DNA of 64,000 nucleotides from Pelagomonas calceolata (lineage: Eukaryota): the NCBI GenBank assembly GCA_918797485.1, contig CAKKNE010000003.1, forward strand, positions 1,364,001 through 1,428,000, read 5' to 3'. This document shows positions 41,709 to 53,561 of the stretch, piece by piece (positions within the stretch are counted from its first letter, which is position 1; each line of letters begins with the position of its first letter). The notes below the pieces were generated by a model, which did not search any database, had not been told where the DNA came from, and saw only the letters and a program-made list of their open reading frames with translations. The translations under genes and the position numbers were made by a program.

Positions 41709-42572
41709 ATGCAAGAAAGAAGCGCCCTGTATCGATGTTTTGCAGTGGCAGCGCTTGCGGTAGCCGCACGGAATGCCATCACCTCCTGGCAGCACAATGC
41801 ATGGACAGTGGTTTCAAGGCCGCCAACCGGTGCGACACGCGGTGCAGCGCTGGTCTTCTACCCATATGATTCTGCGGACCACAATGGTGCGTACAAATTA
41901 GATGGCCACGCAAGGCAGCGCGCCCTGGAGTTAGCCGCGACGGTAGTACGCGTGGGACGCGTCGGCGCTGCCAAGCGCTGGCTAGCACACGCATCGCCGA
42001 ATTCGCTCCGACACGTCTCCTTGGGTGGGCACGGCAATTCCACTCGAATAATGTGGGGCGACGGCAGGTGCCACGAGAGCGATCGGACATGTGGCCTCTG
42101 GCCCGACAATAAAGGCTTCCTGGCGTTATTGAGTTCGCGCCTCACGGAGCGCGCGGTCGTCGTCCTCGAGAGCTGTTATGCCTTGTCGATGGCACCTGCC
42201 ATCGCGGCATCATTACGACTTGGCGCGCGGGTCTTCGCCACCGACGCGTGCTACAACCAGGAGCATCTCAAGTACGTGCTCGACGCGAGCGGTGATTTGG
42301 TGCCGATGCTCCTAGACCCATGGCATGCGTCTACTAGGATGCATGTGCTCGTAGCACCCGAGTGCCATGATATGCCATGGATCGCGCCGGAGTGGCTCCG
42401 GACGCTCGGCGTCACCGGGTGCGCGGACGTGACGATGGACGTATGCCTGTCGGACGATGCCGACGGGGAAGTCCTCGACCACAAGGGCCAGGGTCCGGCG
42501 AGCGCATGCTGTCGATGCGGCGCGGGGTGGACACGATCATCATGGTCAAAGCACGTATGGTCCGAGTCTTGA
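41709..42572 (+). CDS. Uncharacterised protein, possible caspase-hemoglobinase-fold domain plus Cys-rich C-terminal module
   Basis: HVSLGGHGN...VVVLESCY His/Cys motifs; ASACCRCG module. Confidence 0.5.
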   Translation: MQERSALYRCFAVAALAVAARNAITSWQHNAWTVVSRPPTGATRGAALVFYPYDSADHNGAYKLDGHARQRALELAATVVRVGRVGAAKRWLAHASPNSLRHVSLGGHGNSTRIMWGDGRCHESDRTCGLWPDNKGFLALLSSRLTERAVVVLESCYALSMAPAIAASLRLGARVFATDACYNQEHLKYVLDASGDLVPMLLDPWHASTRMHVLVAPECHDMPWIAPEWLRTLGVTGCADVTMDVCLSDDADGEVLDHKGQGPASACCRCGAGWTRSSWSKHVWSES

Positions 42573-42705
42573 AGGAAGCTACTGATGTTGTTGAGTCGCA
42601 GTGATGGTGTGCTTACGGCATGGACACGCCATCGCCGCGAATATAACAATTTGTGTGTCACTGGGACTACGTAGGAGCCGTAGGAGCAATCACAAAACGA
42701 GGCGA

Positions 42706-44064
42706 TTAATCATTCACAGGGGGCGGCAGCACAAGCTCCGATCGTTTCGGTGGTGACGGCGGCGGAGGCGTCGAGACGCCGGAGGCCTCCGTAGTAGGCG
42801 GTGGCACAGGCGGCGGCGCCGCGTTGGCGAACACGGCATCGTGCGCCGTGGTCGACGCGAGCGGCTTGCACGGCGGACAAGGTCGCATCTGCGCCGTCAC
42901 GGGCACGGTCACGACGTGCTCCAACCCGAGCATCTTGAGGAACGCGTCAGTCTGCGGGTTCGCCTCCTGCAGGGGATTGAAGCGGTGCCGCGGCGGGTGC
43001 CAGGGCGGACCTGATAAAGGCGGCACGCGCAGGGGCGCCTCGGCCGGCGCGCCCGCCCTCCTACAGTACTTCTCGGCCCGCGCGCGCGCGCCCGCGATGT
43101 CCGCCGACGACGGTCTTTGAAATTCCTCGGGGATCGGCGGCGCCCGCGCCGGCGGCGGCTCAAAACCCAATAAAGAGTGCGTCTTGATGAGGATCGCGAG
43201 CCACTCGGCGTCGTACTCGAGTTCTACTGGGCCACTTTTAGACCGCTCGACCGTGATGAGCTGCAGGAAATCCCGGCGCGGGAGGCACTTGTCCAAAGCT
43301 AAAAAGCGAGTGGGCTTCCCGCCGTCCCCGTGGTTCACCAAAGCAGCAAACTTGCAGTGCAGGTGCGCCGAGAACCAGTGCGCCGGCTTGAGGGCGTTCA
43401 ACAGAATCTCGTTCGCCGGGCTGCCCAGGTCGTTGCGCTGCATTTCGTCCCTAAAATGGGGCTTCCGCCGCGCCAACCCCGCGGCGTCGCCGTGGCGCTC
43501 CACGCCCCGCGGCCAGTCGTGGCTGACGACCGCGTCCACGGATCGCTCGCCTAACAACGCGAGGCGAAACACGTCGACCTCCCGCACATGGTAGGCCGAT
43601 CTAATAACGTCTCTGACATCTACTCTTTCGGCTCGTAACTCGTAATGATTGAGCTGGTAGTGCCGCTTGTGCCAAATCCCGGAGGCCCCCACGAGCCGCC
43701 ACCCGCCCACGTTTATACAACCAGCCGCCCCCATATAGTAGATGTTCGGCGCGACCCAGCCGCCGTAGAACAGTGATCCGAGGAAATTCGAGGCTTCGTG
43801 GTTGCCGCCGACGAACACGGTCAGTACCGGTGCCTTTTTTTCGCCGGACCAGTACTTTTTGAAATCTTTCAGTTCGCGGTATTTCGGCGGCACCGCGAGC
43901 GCGTCGTAGTCCTGCTCGGCCCTTAGGCTCTGGAAGTCCCCGCAACATAATAATAGGTCGACTTTCACTCCTCGTCTTCTCTCGACCTCTGCGATCGATG
44001 CGTAGATGTTATCCAGTTCGCCGTGACAGCAGCCCTCGACGATGACGTTGAGGTGGCTTGCCAT
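42706..44064 (-). CDS. DBR1: RNA lariat debranching enzyme
   Basis: EGCCHGELD.IY, CCGDFQS.R, GGNHEASN, SHDWP, WFSAHLH.KF, FLALDKCLPRRDFLQ. Confidence 0.96.
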   Translation of the reverse strand: MASHLNVIVEGCCHGELDNIYASIAEVERRRGVKVDLLLCCGDFQSLRAEQDYDALAVPPKYRELKDFKKYWSGEKKAPVLTVFVGGNHEASNFLGSLFYGGWVAPNIYYMGAAGCINVGGWRLVGASGIWHKRHYQLNHYELRAERVDVRDVIRSAYHVREVDVFRLALLGERSVDAVVSHDWPRGVERHGDAAGLARRKPHFRDEMQRNDLGSPANEILLNALKPAHWFSAHLHCKFAALVNHGDGGKPTRFLALDKCLPRRDFLQLITVERSKSGPVELEYDAEWLAILIKTHSLLGFEPPPARAPPIPEEFQRPSSADIAGARARAEKYCRRAGAPAEAPLRVPPLSGPPWHPPRHRFNPLQEANPQTDAFLKMLGLEHVVTVPVTAQMRPCPPCKPLASTTAHDAVFANAAPPPVPPPTTEASGVSTPPPPSPPKRSELVLPPPVND

Positions 44065-44406
44065 CGCGTTCCCGCTGTTGCGCTGTGATAGCCCTCAGAA
44101 GAGGGTGCAGCTGTGGAGGTCTGTGCAGCGTCTGTGCAGGGCGCTGTCGCGCCGGCAGCGAGTTAGGCGTTCTTGCCCGCTGTTGGGCGACGCGATGCGT
44201 GTTCTCAGTTGTTAATTTGGCCAGTATTCGCTGCGGTATGGAGCTAAAACAGGCAAGCCAAGCCAAAACTAGTGCGTTGATACGCTAGCTCACGCTTGGT
44301 TTTCATCCGTATCGCTGCGCCTGGCAGTTTATAGCTGTTTCAAGGTGTTGTCGCATTCATTTGGACATCACTGCGTCGCCTCGTCACCGCGCGGTCGCGA
44401 GAAAGG

Positions 44407-45850
44407 ATGCCGCGAAGGCTGCTCATCAATGCTGCATGCTTAACCTTGCCCTTGCTGAGTGATGCGCTGTCTCTCACAGGACTGCTGAAACGAAGTAGGA
44501 ATCGTGCACGCGGCCGACGTGTGCTCGAGGACTTTTCTACGCCCTGGCAACTGGACATTCGCAAGGGTTCGACCGGCGTGCTTTATGCCGAGGAAGCTGG
44601 CGCGCAAAAACCAGTCAATTGGGCGTTCCTGAGCTGCGGTCGTGTGGCTCACGACTATGCGAATGCGCTCCGATGCGTCGACGGCGCCAAGCCATACGTC
44701 GTGGCAACGCGGTCTGCAGACGACCTGCCGCGAGCGGAGGCGTTCCGGGACAGGCATGGTTTCGAAAAGGCGGTCGGGACGTACTCCGAAGCACTCTTGG
44801 ACCCGAACGTGGATGTGGTCTACCTCTCATCGCTGCATTCGGCGCGCGTTGAGCATGTCACTGCCATCCTTGAATGTGGCAAGCACTGCGTCGTCGAGAA
44901 GCCGCTTGCGTGCAACGGCGCTGACGGCAGGCGGCTCGTCGAGCTGGCACGGTCGAAGAACGTATTCATGATGGAAGGAATGTGGACCCGCTGCTTTCCG
45001 GCCGTCGAACACGCGCGACGGTTAATAAATGACGGCACGATTGGCGCCGTCACCGCCGTGATCTCCGATTTTGGGTTCGATGCAGCCGATTCAGGCGTAT
45101 ACCCCACAGATATGAACGATCCGTCAACTGGAGACCCAATCTACTTTTCAAAACTTGGCGGTTCTGCATTGCTCTGGGCGGGGCCGTATCCCATTGCGGC
45201 TGGTCTACTTCCCTTTGGCGCAACGGAACCGCGGAGCGTCGCTGCTGCTGGCGTCGTCGATCCAACGGGTGTGGACCTATCGTGCGGCCTCACCTTATCG
45301 TACGCCGCGCCGGGCGGCGTCCCGGTGCCCCAGAAGGCTGGCACTTGCCCGCCGCGCGGCGCGACCGTTAGCTTGTACACAGCGATCGACGCCGAATCGG
45401 CGGAGACAACGACCTACATTGGGCAGAAGGGTCGCATCACGGTACTGCCTCCCGCGCATTGTCCGACAAAACTACGCGTCGAGCTCAAAGGCAAGGGCAG
45501 GGGAAACGCGAGGGTGACAGAATTTGAATTTCCCTTTCCAGAGCCGAAACGGCCCTTCGCGCCCGTCCCCGGCGGCGGCGAAGACGATGTTTTCTTTTAC
45601 CCGAACTCGCACGGGTTTGCGTACGAGGCCGCGGCCGTGACGCGATGCCTCAATGCCGGCCTGACGGTGTGCCCCTGTGTGAAAATCAAGTTTCGCGGCG
45701 CTTCTCGCATACGGCTGAATCTTGCACTTGACTCACTGTTTGATTTCCACACAGGAGTGCCCACAGTACACGCTAGACGAAACGCTCCGAGCACTCTCGC
45801 TCGTCGACGCAGCGCGGAAAGCCATGTCCGAGCCAAATTCCGAGTCATGA
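44407..45850 (+). CDS. Gfo/Idh/MocA oxidoreductase (dihydrodiol/xylose dehydrogenase-like), 2 exons (intron 45667-45754)
   Basis: CGRVAHDY, KHCVVEKP, FMMEGMWTRCFP. Splicing gives GLT-ECPQYTLDETL..TGA at 45848-45850. Confidence 0.88.
45675..45754. mobile_element. Short introner element, 80 bp
   Basis: CTGTGTGAAAATCAA...TTGATTTCCACACAG; TSD GTGTGCCC (45667-45674) / GAGTGCCC (45755-45762). Confidence 0.88.
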
Positions 45851-45870
45851 CAGTAAGTATTAACAGTACC

Positions 45871-47744
<1,874 letters not shown>

Positions 47745-48071
47745 TTACTATGCTCCTGGAGGCTGTCTGAGCGCTGATTCTCAGCTGCAGCTCGAGGCGC
47801 TGCATTATATTTTCTAGCTAGCGGTCGGTAAACACACTTAACGCAAGTTACAGGAGCAAAAGCGCCGCACCGAGTGCACACACGCCCGCCAGTCATCACG
47901 CGCTGTCGTTTGACAGCTTGTGCCAGCGCGAAGCGGTAGAGCCGCAAAAACTACCCGCCGAGCCGCCCCAGCTAAAGGCGCTGTGCTGCTACCCTAACGC
48001 TAACGCCGATAACCGCGCGCCACCCGGCAGTAGCGGCGCATAACACACGTGCGCGCTTAGCGGCAAAAACG

Positions 48072-49094
48072 ATGACGCGACCAAAAGCCGCCGCCGCGCG
48101 CGACCGACGAAAAGCCGCCGCCGAAGAGACGCCGGCCTCGGACGGCGACGCGCCCGCGCCCGCGCCCGCCCCTACTGGAAGAGCGAGTCCACTAGGAGGC
48201 ACCAGTATAGCGCGGCCGGGCCGCGCGAGCCCGCTGGGCGGCACGAGCATAACCGCAGGACGACGCTCTCCACTGGGCGGCACGTCGATCACCGCGGGCC
48301 GCACCTCACCAAAGCTCGGCGGCACGAGCATCGCCGGCGCTACAAGAAGGCCGAGCACGACCCTGTCGCTCAACGACCCCTATCGACCGAGCCTCGGCAA
48401 ACGACCAAGGGCGCCCGGCGCCGACGCGTTGGCTCTGGTGCTCACGCAACAACCGGCCAACGACGACGGCCAGCGCCTGTCCGAGTTCTGCACGACCTAC
48501 AAGAAGAAGGCCGGCGCCAAGGGCATGACCAAAAGACCAAAACAGGAGAAGCCGCCGCGGCCGCCGCTCATCCAGCCCCCTCCCAAAAAACAGGCGCCGC
48601 CGGCGGCGCAGCGGGCCCAGGTGCGGATTGTCGATGGGCAGTTGGTCGTGGCCGAGCCGCAGGCCCCTGAAGAATCAGCTCCGGAGGTCGAGGAAGAAGG
48701 TCTGATCGAAGTGAGGGGCGACGATGCCCCGGGTGCTACTTCTGCCTCGTATAGTAATCGAGTCCCATCCGAACGATGGGGGCTCGAGGAGACAAGAAGG
48801 TTCTACGACGCTCTTAGACGCTTCGGCACGGACTTCACGATGATGCTGACGGCGTTTCCCGGGCGGACGCAACGCCAGCTCAAGAACAAGTTCAAGCGCG
48901 AGAACCGGACGCAGTCGGCCCTCGTGTCTCTAGCCTTGGACGCGTCGATCGCCGCGGACCTGACCGCTCCTTTAGTGATCGAGGCGGCGCCCGTCGAAAA
49001 GCCGTCGTCACGACAAATTACCTACGGGCCGGACGCGGGGGTCTTTCTCTTCGACCCCGCGTTGGACGCCGAGAAGGACCTCAAGCCAGTGTAA
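48072..49094 (+). CDS. BDP1: TFIIIB subunit B'' (Bdp1)-like SANT/Myb protein
   Basis: WGLEETRRFYDALRRFGTDFTMM..FPGRTQRQLKNKFKRE; upstream QVRIVDGQLVV motif. Confidence 0.85.
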   Translation: MTRPKAAAARDRRKAAAEETPASDGDAPAPAPAPTGRASPLGGTSIARPGRASPLGGTSITAGRRSPLGGTSITAGRTSPKLGGTSIAGATRRPSTTLSLNDPYRPSLGKRPRAPGADALALVLTQQPANDDGQRLSEFCTTYKKKAGAKGMTKRPKQEKPPRPPLIQPPPKKQAPPAAQRAQVRIVDGQLVVAEPQAPEESAPEVEEEGLIEVRGDDAPGATSASYSNRVPSERWGLEETRRFYDALRRFGTDFTMMLTAFPGRTQRQLKNKFKRENRTQSALVSLALDASIAADLTAPLVIEAAPVEKPSSRQITYGPDAGVFLFDPALDAEKDLKPV

Positions 49095-49182
49095 AAAATA
49101 AAAGTAGTCTATCGCGGCGATGGCGTGGGCCCTCTAGGCCGCCTCGTCAGCGACAAGCCTAAACTTGGAGACGCGGCGCTTA

Positions 49183-50571
49183 CTAGTTGAACTCCGGGCG
49201 CCCTCGAGCATCGTCTACATTGATTTCATCTTGCATGGTTCTGGCCACATCATGATCAGCATCGGGCTCAGGGGGCGCGCCGCCGTCGGCCGTGGACTCG
49301 GAGTCCGAGTGCTCGGAGTCGTACACTAACCCCTCGAGCTTCTCCGTAAGCGGGTGATCTTCGCCGAAGGTCTGGCGCGCCGCCTCATAGGCTGCGTCCG
49401 CCACCTCTCCCGCCTCGCGCAGGTCGGCTTCGTCGGCATCCTCGTCGAAAAATATGGATCTCGCATAGTTCCCGCGCCACGAAAACGAGTACTCGTGGTA
49501 CTTGGAGTTGGGCCCGAGTACGCGTTGTGCGTCGGCCATATTCGCCCGCAGCAACGACCTTGCCTCGCGGAGCATTGCCCCACTCGTCGGCTCGCGTTCG
49601 ATCAACGCGGTACACAAGTTGAGGATTGAGATAAGCTTATCTTCTGCGCAGGTCTGCGCGACGATGGGCGTAAAAACTCCGCGCATTCCGTCCTCTCTGA
49701 ACATGAATTCCTTTCCCGCAAGAACCCTGCGGTGGCGGCTAATGGCCTCGTCCTGCCGCCCAAGGAGCATCAAGGTGTTTGCAATGTTGGTCTGAAGAGC
49801 CATGCAACTTTGTGCGAGGTCAAACGAGATTGCCGGGCGATCTGTGAGAAGACTAGGGTTGTGGTGATTAACTATGGCTAAGGAAGCCCCGTAAATGTCG
49901 AGCGCTTCTTGATGAAAACCATTTTCAGCTAAGCTGCCCGCGAGCATATCCATGGCGGCTCGGCGAACGAAGTGATCTGCCGGCTGCTTACTAAGATGTG
50001 CCCGCCAGCACGCCCAGCCCATGGCGCGTTGCACGTCTCCGTGGTATCGCTTCCCACAAAGCCGGCACGACTCCCATAGGCGGAATCTATCTTGGGTCGA
50101 CGCCCACGACCTCGACATCTCGTCATCCATTGCCACTTCCGCTTGGCGCACCAGGCATGAGACGTGCGCGACGCCCATCGCCCCGGCATCGACGCCATCG
50201 CGGTCTCCACACGCGCAGAATCCGTTAACTAAGCCCTCTCCCGTGCGTTGCACGACAGCTTCCGTGCAGATGTAGCACGTCGCGCCCTCCGGAACGTATC
50301 CCGTAGCCTGGGCGACGAGCGCGCCGTGGAAGGCGCATTTTTCGACGGCCTCCGCGACGGCCTCGTCGTATTTTTGGTTCGCGTGAAACTTCTCAGCGCC
50401 GCCGGCGCGCTTGATGCGCTTGCACAGGGGCCGATTGTGACCGCCCGTGTTCCAGTGCTGCGTCTGGCACGCCTGCCCGCAGTAGCGCGTGTGGCACTTG
50501 CTGCATCGCGGGGCAGTGTATGGAATGGGAACAGCGCACGCGGCGCAGGTCGTGAGGATTCCTGGGGTCAT
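49183..50571 (-). CDS. MYND zinc finger + RING-CH + TPR protein (divergent paralogue of 15485-16645)
   Basis: ILTTCAAC..CSKC.TRYCG.ACQ.QHW..GGH..CKRIKRAGGAEKFHAN; CYIC..CAC..AHVSC..CRLC; GWACW; DLREA..FGEDHPLT. Confidence 0.85.
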   Translation of the reverse strand: MTPGILTTCAACAVPIPYTAPRCSKCHTRYCGQACQTQHWNTGGHNRPLCKRIKRAGGAEKFHANQKYDEAVAEAVEKCAFHGALVAQATGYVPEGATCYICTEAVVQRTGEGLVNGFCACGDRDGVDAGAMGVAHVSCLVRQAEVAMDDEMSRSWASTQDRFRLWESCRLCGKRYHGDVQRAMGWACWRAHLSKQPADHFVRRAAMDMLAGSLAENGFHQEALDIYGASLAIVNHHNPSLLTDRPAISFDLAQSCMALQTNIANTLMLLGRQDEAISRHRRVLAGKEFMFREDGMRGVFTPIVAQTCAEDKLISILNLCTALIEREPTSGAMLREARSLLRANMADAQRVLGPNSKYHEYSFSWRGNYARSIFFDEDADEADLREAGEVADAAYEAARQTFGEDHPLTEKLEGLVYDSEHSDSESTADGGAPPEPDADHDVARTMQDEINVDDARGRPEFN

Positions 50572-50676
50572 TATATTGATGGATAAGGCAGCCTAAAAAC
50601 CGTCTCTAGGACCCCAGAAAAAGCGCCGAAGCCGAGAGCTAGCGGCCTGTAAGTATGGGCGGCAAAACCCACACGC

Positions 50677-50780
50677 AAAACTGGAAACTGAAAACTGGAA
50701 ACTGAAAACTGGAAACTCGGAGAACTCGTCAAACTGGAATCTCGAAACTGGGTAAACTGGGCGAACTGGGCGAACTGGGC
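50677..50780. repeat. Tandem AAACTG-core repeats
   Basis: (AAAACTGGAAACTG) about x3, followed by degenerate AAACTGG/GAACTGGGC units. Confidence 0.9.
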
Positions 50781-51115
50781 TACGGTCGCGCGTCGCGGTG
50801 CCGCGGGGACGGCGCGGTCGTTGTACGCGTAGCCTACCCTCCCGCGTCTTAGTCGCAGACTTAGAGAAACAAATTACTACATACACTCTTTCATTGGCTC
50901 AGGTTAGCTGGTTGTGGTAGCATTAGGCTTCGCCGGCTGCCCGTCGGTAGCCGCCGCCCCACTCTGCTTTTGACTTGTGATGGGCACAACCAGAGCGTCG
51001 ATACGATACGATTTTCGATACGATACGATTTTTGTGGTGTTTTTTTTTTTTGGGGGGGGGGGAGGGGAGGATTCGAGGGGGGGGGGGACACTAAGGGGGT
51101 TCACGTGAATCACGT

Positions 51116-51469
51116 CTAAGGCGGGCGGTCATCTTCAGATTCACAGTACCGCTCGGCCCAGACCGCAGCCAACACAGGCGGGAGCCGCCGCTTGAGTTTC
51201 GCTGCATGCATGGCCACGCGTTTATAGATCTCGTTCTCTAGATTTCTTCCGTACAATTCGATGCCCGAGACGTCGACCTCGTAGGATGCTGCCCGGTCCC
51301 GCGCGTGTTGCAACCGGTTATACCCGCGCACGGCTACGAACGAACCCTTGATTTCCTCGAGCATGTCATCGTAATCACCATCATACGGTTCATACTCGCC
51401 CAACCTCAAATCTAGGTTTATATCGGAGTTCGGGTTGATTTCCTTGTCCAATTCGAATATCTTGTACAT
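51116..51469 (-). CDS. 117-aa acidic ORF of unknown function inside the insertion; may be a 5'-truncated fragment
   Basis: MYKIFELDKEINPNSD...EDDRPP; visibly lower GC than host genes; frame stays open up to the insertion junction. Confidence 0.4.
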   Translation of the reverse strand: MYKIFELDKEINPNSDINLDLRLGEYEPYDGDYDDMLEEIKGSFVAVRGYNRLQHARDRAASYEVDVSGIELYGRNLENEIYKRVAMHAAKLKRRLPPVLAAVWAERYCESEDDRPP

Positions 51470-51572
51470 AATGATCTGGTCTGGTAAGACACTAGCAATC
51501 ACGCCAGCTGCGCATGCTGCCCAACAATCAAATTCGCACGGCCCAACTCCCCACCGCACGCGCAAAGCACCG

Positions 51573-52460
51573 ATGCGCCACGCCTGGCTGCTCCTGGCAG
51601 CCAGCACCCATGCTCTCATAAAATTAGAGAACAAGACCCACGGCGCATTCATCGAACAGTACACAGTAACACTGCTCAAAGTGTGCGCCGAGCGATGCGC
51701 GAGCGACGCCGCGCTCGACGCGATCGACATCGAGGGCGTGGGCGTCGCCGCGGCGACGCGCGACATCGACGCCGTGCGCGAGTTTGATGCGGAGTTCCTG
51801 CTCGTGTATGGCCCCCAAATCAAAGGTCAGACCTCGAACGTGTCGACGACAATCCAAGGGCGACGGTGGGACGTCTACCTTGGAGGTAGGGCGTACGACG
51901 ATATGGTATGGTGGCTGAGGAGACTCGTACAAGGGAGGGACCCCGTACAAGATGAGCGGCTGGGGTTCCGGCCGGGCCTCTTCAGCGCTTATGATGCGTG
52001 GGGCGAGTGGTCGCTGCGCCTGGGATATCAAAAAAATGACCCTCCGGTGTACGAGCTCGACGGCGGCGCGTTGGAAGCGATCGCCAACGGCGCCGACGAC
52101 CGGCTCTGGGTCGTCTTCTTCTACTCTGATCGAAGTAAGCGCGACCGCGCCGCCAAGGCGTCCGTATTGAGACTGGCGGCGCAATTTAGAGAAAAGCACG
52201 GGACGGCCGTCGCCGTCGGAGCGCACAACGCGCGCGTCTGGCCCGAACGCGCGCGGCAACACGGCCGCGTCGTCGTGTCCGACGGTGGCCCGAAGCTGGC
52301 CTTCGCCTGCCTCCAGAAAGGTAAGTGGCTCAACGGCGCCATGAGCCTGCCCCGAGATTTGGAAAGCGCCATCTACGGCTGGGCCGCGCGGCTCGCCGTG
52401 GGGGGGCTGCCTGACACCGAGTTGACGACGCGGCTCGGGCCGAACGGCGAGGAGTTCTAG
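51573..52460 (+). CDS. Secretory-pathway protein with a thioredoxin-like fold region (no CxxC)
   Basis: Signal peptide MRHAWLLLAASTHA; VYELDGGALE..LWVVFFYS; ER-retention-like end EEF. Confidence 0.55.
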   Translation: MRHAWLLLAASTHALIKLENKTHGAFIEQYTVTLLKVCAERCASDAALDAIDIEGVGVAAATRDIDAVREFDAEFLLVYGPQIKGQTSNVSTTIQGRRWDVYLGGRAYDDMVWWLRRLVQGRDPVQDERLGFRPGLFSAYDAWGEWSLRLGYQKNDPPVYELDGGALEAIANGADDRLWVVFFYSDRSKRDRAAKASVLRLAAQFREKHGTAVAVGAHNARVWPERARQHGRVVVSDGGPKLAFACLQKGKWLNGAMSLPRDLESAIYGWAARLAVGGLPDTELTTRLGPNGEEF

Positions 52461-52549
52461 GACCCGCGGCGTGCCCCAGGACGCCATCGCCGCGTGCCCG
52501 CGGTTGTCAGTACGCCATCGCCGCGGGGACATGTAATATGTATAACAAA

Positions 52550-53014
52550 CTATGAATTAAACTTGCGCCGCGGACCCCGCTTCCGATGGTCCCGCTTCGC
52601 GTCGAGCTCCGCGCGCATCTCTCCCAGCCGCTTCTGCTTCACTTGAAATTTGTAGAAGTCCGCGCTCTTTTCGAACTCTTCATGCTTCTTTTGCTTCTTG
52701 GCGCGCGAAGCGGGCTCTCTTGGTTGATCGGAAACGGCCTTGCGCTTGTAGGTCACGACCTGCCAGCCGTCGGCGTCGGCGCCGGCCTCGCGCTGCGCCT
52801 GGCGCGCCTTCGCTTCCGCGTCGGCCCGGGACTCCAGGGCCAGCAGCGTCTGCTCCGTCTCCGCGGCGAAGTCGGCCGGGTCCCGGTAGCGCGCCGCGTG
52901 GGCCTCGAGCTCCTCGCGCAGGGCCGCGCGCGCGTCGGCGTCGGAGGCGCCGGGGATGACTTCTACTATCCTACGTTTCTTCGCCTTTTTTGGTTGCTTC
53001 TGCTTCTTGGCCAT
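52550..53014 (-). CDS. RRP7: Ribosomal RNA processing protein 7 C-terminal domain protein
   Basis: DADGWQVVT.K and DFYKFQ motifs; C-terminal RKF. Confidence 0.75.
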   Translation of the reverse strand: MAKKQKQPKKAKKRRIVEVIPGASDADARAALREELEAHAARYRDPADFAAETEQTLLALESRADAEAKARQAQREAGADADGWQVVTYKRKAVSDQPREPASRAKKQKKHEEFEKSADFYKFQVKQKRLGEMRAELDAKRDHRKRGPRRKFNS

Positions 53015-53561
53015 CGCTTGCTGTGGGCGGGCGGCGGCGGCTGATGAGAGTTGTGCGCTTGCTTTGTGAGCGGGCGTCGGCTGCTGAGGCTGCGGGCGGC
53101 TGAGCAGTGCGCTTGCTATTTGTGTGATCAGGCGTCAGCTACCGTTGCGGCGGCAGCGTGGCGCTGTCGGTGCGGTCAGCTTCGCGCGGCCGCGGCGTGA
53201 GCAGTGCTGCTACTCTCCTGTGCTGTGTGCACAACTCTCTTCTGCGGCGACTGCGCGCAGCCGGTTTTGCCTACAGCTAGTGCAATGATGTGTTTGCACC
53301 ACTCCGAAGCGCTTCTATCGACAGATGCCGATGCACAGTGCCCAGGCCGTGGGCGTCGCCTGAGGCTGAGTGCCAGAGGCTCGGCTGGTCAGCTGATCAG
53401 GCGGCCTTTGCGTACGGCAAAGCACGGCCTCGGGGACGAAGGACTAGCTACACCACGACTAGGAACCAACGTATTTACGCCGCGGGGGCCCGACGCGCGC
53501 TGCGGCGGACAACCCCACTAACGGAAAGGCCGGCGAGGACCACACAATCTCAGATGAGCAT

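Larger units (their letters stand above)
50654..51483. mobile_element. 830-bp TIR-less insertion flanked by a 5-bp GTAAG duplication
   Basis: GTAAG at 50649-50653 and 51484-51488; removal restores GCTAGCGGCCTGTAAGACACTAG, a full copy of the intergenic motif. Confidence 0.7.

Noticed and set aside
42706..44064. Functional link between DBR1 and the nearby introners
   Set aside because: Introners are dispersed across the window; proximity is most likely coincidental.
50677..50780. Short repeats as a CRISPR array or telomere
   Set aside because: No unique spacers or cas genes, eukaryotic context, and the unit is not telomere-like.
51470..51823. N-terminal part of the 235-aa minus-strand ORF
   Set aside because: Antisense to the 51573 gene and crosses the insertion junction; only the part inside the insert is retained.
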